This document shows positions 60,729 to 64,000 of a stretch of 64,000 bases of DNA, piece by piece. The stretch is from Candidatus Saccharicenans sp. (GTDB lineage Bacteria; Acidobacteriota; Aminicenantia; Aminicenantales; Saccharicenantaceae). The number at the start of each line of letters is the position of its first letter. Position 1 is the first letter of the stretch. Under the pieces are notes generated by a model. The model was not told where the DNA came from. It searched no databases and worked only from the letters and a program-made list of their open reading frames with translations. The position numbers and the translations under genes were made by a program. The stretch lies in NCBI GenBank assembly GCA_049719515.1, contig JBNARJ010000003.1, positions 151,241 through 215,240 of the forward strand, read 5' to 3'.

Positions 60729-61070
60729 TTAACTCCGAACGAAGTGCGGGACCTCAGGCGGTATTTCTAAGCTCAGTTCGACCAGTCCCCTCTTTTCCCC
60801 GCCCGCCGTCCAGCAACTCTGAAAAATAATCTTTTTCTGACCGTTTTTTTCAATGGTGTAGACATTTGGCTGACCTGTTTCGAGTATCTGTTTGATTTTG
60901 GCTGCCGATTCCGCTCGATGACAGGCAAAAATATTCTTCCCGACCAGTTCTTTCCCGCCTTCAGCGGCAAACACCTCGGCTGCTTTTTGGTTGAGGTAAA
61001 TTATTCGGCCTTCCAGGTCAGTTATGGTAATGGCTCCGACAAATTCCTCAATCCAGTCGAGACTTTCCAT
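60729..61070 (-). CDS. Stand-alone PAS-domain protein
   Basis: 113 aa PAS fold (ITITDLEGRIIYLNQKAAEVF...). GGAG RBS. Confidence 0.7.
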   Translation of the reverse strand: MESLDWIEEFVGAITITDLEGRIIYLNQKAAEVFAAEGGKELVGKNIFACHRAESAAKIKQILETGQPNVYTIEKNGQKKIIFQSCWTAGGEKRGLVELSLEIPPEVPHFVRS

Positions 61071-61331
61071 GCCCTTTCTCCTTTTCTTGCTCTTTGAGAC
61101 TTTATTTTATATTAATCTGCCGCCACATGAGAGATTATTAAATGGCACAAAATAATTTATTTTGGATGAAAAAGTTTTTGATGTTCTTCATCAGAGCACT
61201 GTCCGCAAAAACTGGTCTCATTTTTGATAACATCATCTAATTCGGCAAGAAAACGATGGACAGCTTTCTCTTTTTCTTGATAACATAGGAAAAAATTTTT
61301 TTATTTTCGGTCAGGAGGCAAGGAAATAAAA

Positions 61332-62687
61332 ATGGCTCAAAAAGAAAAAGCCCGGTTTCCCAAAACCTTCTGGACGGCCAACACCGTTGAACTTTTCGAG
61401 CGAGCTGCCTATTATTCCATGGCTTCCTTCATGGTCATCTACCTGAAAGAAGTCCTCGGCATGGCGCCCACTTTTGCCACATTTCTTAACGGGTCTCTGC
61501 TCTGGGGGCTTATTTATTTTATGCCCATCCTCTCCGGAACTCTGGCTGATAAATATGGTTATAAACGTTCGTTGAGCCTGTCTTTCATCATGCTCTTTTT
61601 CGGTTACCTTATCCTGGGAAACGTTCAAAAATTCTGGCCCGCCCTGGCCGGAAAAAACTTAACCAGCAATTACACCCTGCCGGTGGTCCTGGCCATCATC
61701 CTGATTGGCCTTGGTGGCTCCATCGTCAAGCCCTGTATTGCTGGCACGGTACAAAAAACTGCCGGGGCCTACGCGACGCTTGGCTTCGGCATTTTCTACA
61801 TGGTGATAAACATCGGCTCGATAACCGGTCGTGGGGTTTCTTATTTCATCAGAACGAGGTTCGGGCTGCCAGCGATATTTAGCTACGCTTCTACGGTTTT
61901 TGTCTTCCTGGGACTCCTGGTCGTGCTCTTCCTCTACCGGGAACCTGAATACGTCAACGACGGGTTAAAAGATGGTCAGGTGGCCAGGGAAAAAACACTC
62001 CGGGAAGCCATCCTCGGAATTTTCATCGTCCTGAGCAATCTGAAATTTGCTTTCTTTTTAATCGTCATCGCTCTTTTCTGGTTCCTTTACGTCCAGCTCT
62101 ACAATCTCATTCCCCTGTTCTTGCGGCACATTGACCCAAATGCGCCGGTCGAGCTGTACACCCTGGCCAACCCCCTGATGATTGTTTGCTTTCAGTTGTT
62201 GATCACCAGACTGGTCAAAAAATGGACACCGGTTAAATCCATCATGTTCGGCGTCGGCGTGACCACGGCGGGCATGCTGCTGAACATTTTCCCGGTGCTC
62301 CTTTTCTCCGACATCAAGCAGAAAGTTTCTCTGGCCGGCCTGGCCGTGCCGGTGGCCGGAGTTTTCCTTCTGGTGAGCATCGCTTCCATGGCGGTAGGAG
62401 AGATGATGGCTTCGCCGCGAATTTACGAGTACATCGGCCGGATTGCGCCCAAAGGAGAAGAGGGGCTTTACTTAGGGTATGCTAACCTGCCCGTGGCCAT
62501 CGGCAGCATTTTGGGCGGGCCACTCGGCGGGGCGCTTTACCAGAAATATATTGCCACTCCGCTGCAAAATGCCCTCCAGCCCAGCTACATAATTATCTGG
62601 GCTACCATTGCTTTCCTGGGCGTGTGCTCCATGGCCGGCCTGGCCATCTACGACCGGCTGGTAGTCAAACCCTCAAAAACTAACTGA
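61332..62687 (+). CDS. Proton-dependent oligopeptide transporter (POT/PTR2 family, MFS)
   Basis: ELFERAAYYSMASFMVIYL matches the POT ExxERFxYY motif. About 12 TM helices. Confidence 0.85.
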   Translation: MAQKEKARFPKTFWTANTVELFERAAYYSMASFMVIYLKEVLGMAPTFATFLNGSLLWGLIYFMPILSGTLADKYGYKRSLSLSFIMLFFGYLILGNVQKFWPALAGKNLTSNYTLPVVLAIILIGLGGSIVKPCIAGTVQKTAGAYATLGFGIFYMVINIGSITGRGVSYFIRTRFGLPAIFSYASTVFVFLGLLVVLFLYREPEYVNDGLKDGQVAREKTLREAILGIFIVLSNLKFAFFLIVIALFWFLYVQLYNLIPLFLRHIDPNAPVELYTLANPLMIVCFQLLITRLVKKWTPVKSIMFGVGVTTAGMLLNIFPVLLFSDIKQKVSLAGLAVPVAGVFLLVSIASMAVGEMMASPRIYEYIGRIAPKGEEGLYLGYANLPVAIGSILGGPLGGALYQKYIATPLQNALQPSYIIIWATIAFLGVCSMAGLAIYDRLVVKPSKTN

Positions 62688-62878
62688 AAGAATGCAAAAA
62701 AGCTTTCGGCTATTATTCTGTTAGAAGATGATGATTTATTTTTGCCTGACGGTAATTCCTGAAAAAACCATGGCCCTGGCCCAAAAGTTTCTGCATTTTA
62801 ATCTTAATTTTAAGAAGCGGGTCAGGTTCCCATCTCAGCCAAAAATAATTTTGACTCGCCCGCTCATTATGAGAAAAA

Positions 62879-64000
62879 TTAATTTCCGAAGCGTGGGTTG
62901 ACCACTCCGGCGTAAATAGAACCGAAAGTGTAGCTAATACCGAGAGAAACACCGTAGCTGTAAGCGGTGGCCAGGGCTTTTCTTTGCAGCAGAATATCTT
63001 CCAGGCTCAGGTTTCCCTTGGCCAGGTAGACCTGGTCGTTAATCTTAGAAAAGCGGCCGGAAAACCCAACGGAAAATCCTCTGTACAGCCTGAGGTTTAA
63101 ATTGGTGGAAAACACCAGGTGATTTTTGCTGAAATCATGGAAATAATGGAAGCCTTCCAGAGCGGCACTGATGTTTCCCCACGGTTCTTTCATCTCAAAA
63201 GTCACAGATAACGTTTCACCCAGCAGACTTTCTTTTGTTTTATCATAAATAGTTTCATCGTAGTAAAAATTAAAATTATAACCCACCCGGTAAAGCACCC
63301 GGAGCTGTCTCCTGGTTGATTCGGAATAGGGGAAAAAATTGTACTCCACGGCCGGTGCCGGATTTATAGCCAATTTTATGTTGTTATAAGTGGAAGACCC
63401 CAGCCCGAACCAGCCACCGACTGACCAGTGGTCATTTAAGGCAAAGACCAGCAGAGAAGAAAGTCCGTAACTGTTCTGGTTGGAGGTGATGGTTTCAGTT
63501 ACCCCGTCCTGGTCAACCTTGTAGGCACTGCGGTTTAAGTTTCCGGACAGGCCGGTCCGAAACTTAACTTTTTCTGTAACTCGGTTGGCACTCAGGTTGC
63601 TGTGCAGCGAAAGGAAATTTTTAGTCTGCTCGCCTGAAAGGCTGCCGGACATCCCCAGGCTAAAAACCCAGAAGTTCCAGGGGTCTTCAACCTCCGGCGG
63701 GGGAATCCTTTTTTCAAAATCTATCTTCAAGTAATCTCCCAGGTCAGTTTTCGTCAGGTAAGGGACCAGGCCCAACTTCAGTACCCTTACCAGCCCTCGC
63801 CTTTCCACATCGGCCGAGTAGGTTCTTTCAGCCACGTACTTTAGAGTGTTATGAATATCGTAAAAATTATTACGCCCGATAAAATTCAATGTGTATTCAC
63901 GGCCGCCATCAGCCGTGGCCTGGATGGTGATCAGCACGTGAACGTCAGCTTCTGTTCTTTCCCGGACGAAATTGACAAAAGTAATTTCCTGGCGAATGTA
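62879..64000 (-). CDS. Putative outer-membrane beta-barrel protein. Its N-terminus lies beyond the window edge at position 64000
   Basis: The reading frame stays open from 63937 to the window edge. Alternating hydrophobic, Gly/Ser/Asn/Tyr-rich beta-strand-like sequence ending ...PRFGN. Confidence 0.5.
   Translation of the reverse strand, partial: YIRQEITFVNFVRERTEADVHVLITIQATADGGREYTLNFIGRNNFYDIHNTLKYVAERTYSADVERRGLVRVLKLGLVPYLTKTDLGDYLKIDFEKRIPPPEVEDPWNFWVFSLGMSGSLSGEQTKNFLSLHSNLSANRVTEKVKFRTGLSGNLNRSAYKVDQDGVTETITSNQNSYGLSSLLVFALNDHWSVGGWFGLGSSTYNNIKLAINPAPAVEYNFFPYSESTRRQLRVLYRVGYNFNFYYDETIYDKTKESLLGETLSVTFEMKEPWGNISAALEGFHYFHDFSKNHLVFSTNLNLRLYRGFSVGFSGRFSKINDQVYLAKGNLSLEDILLQRKALATAYSYGVSLGISYTFGSIYAGVVNPRFGN

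Overview
This 64 kb window looks like a chromosomal segment of a Gram-negative-type bacterium (TonB-dependent receptor, outer-membrane beta-barrel proteins, standard genetic code, about 50% GC) and contains no mobile elements, CRISPR arrays, rRNA or tRNA that I could find. Positions 1-9153 carry a partial D-Ala-D-Ala-ligase-like gene and a complete nine-gene A/V-type ATPase operon on the minus strand (H/G-I-K-E-C-F-A-B-D). Positions 10554-14321 are a queuosine-precursor island: queC-queD-queE on the plus strand, an EamA/DMT transporter, and a divergent queF. The next stretch holds a radical SAM enzyme, ilvE, a GH172/DUF2961 glycosidase with an extra C-terminal domain, and a group II PLP decarboxylase. 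At 23969-24239 a textbook sigma70 promoter and an intrinsic terminator frame an ORF-less ~235 nt pyrimidine-rich transcript that I propose as a candidate sRNA. A minus-strand lipid-associated operon (27129-24485) encodes a large Trp/Tyr-rich secreted protein, a flippase-like UPF0104 protein, and a CDP-alcohol phosphatidyltransferase with a degenerate N-terminal nucleotidyltransferase-like domain. A clear cobalamin riboswitch (29112-29275) precedes a BtuB-like TonB-dependent receptor, followed by a Pat-type acetyltransferase and an outer-membrane barrel. The most unusual element is a compact minus-strand cassette (39916-36129) that puts a Kbl-type alpha-oxoamine synthase behind acpS, an Acs-like adenylating enzyme and an ACP. 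The rest is housekeeping (mntP, uvrA, mgsA, ABC-2 transporter, Tat-secreted SOD, recA, fhs, radC, fadD-like, ogt, POT transporter), plus a NYN-LOTUS protein and a phosphorelay cluster (hybrid kinase, REC-GGDEF with a GGDEL motif, overlapping Hpt, PAS). Start codons were re-examined by hand where the ORF track began at TTG or GTG, and several are moved to in-frame ATGs with good RBSs.
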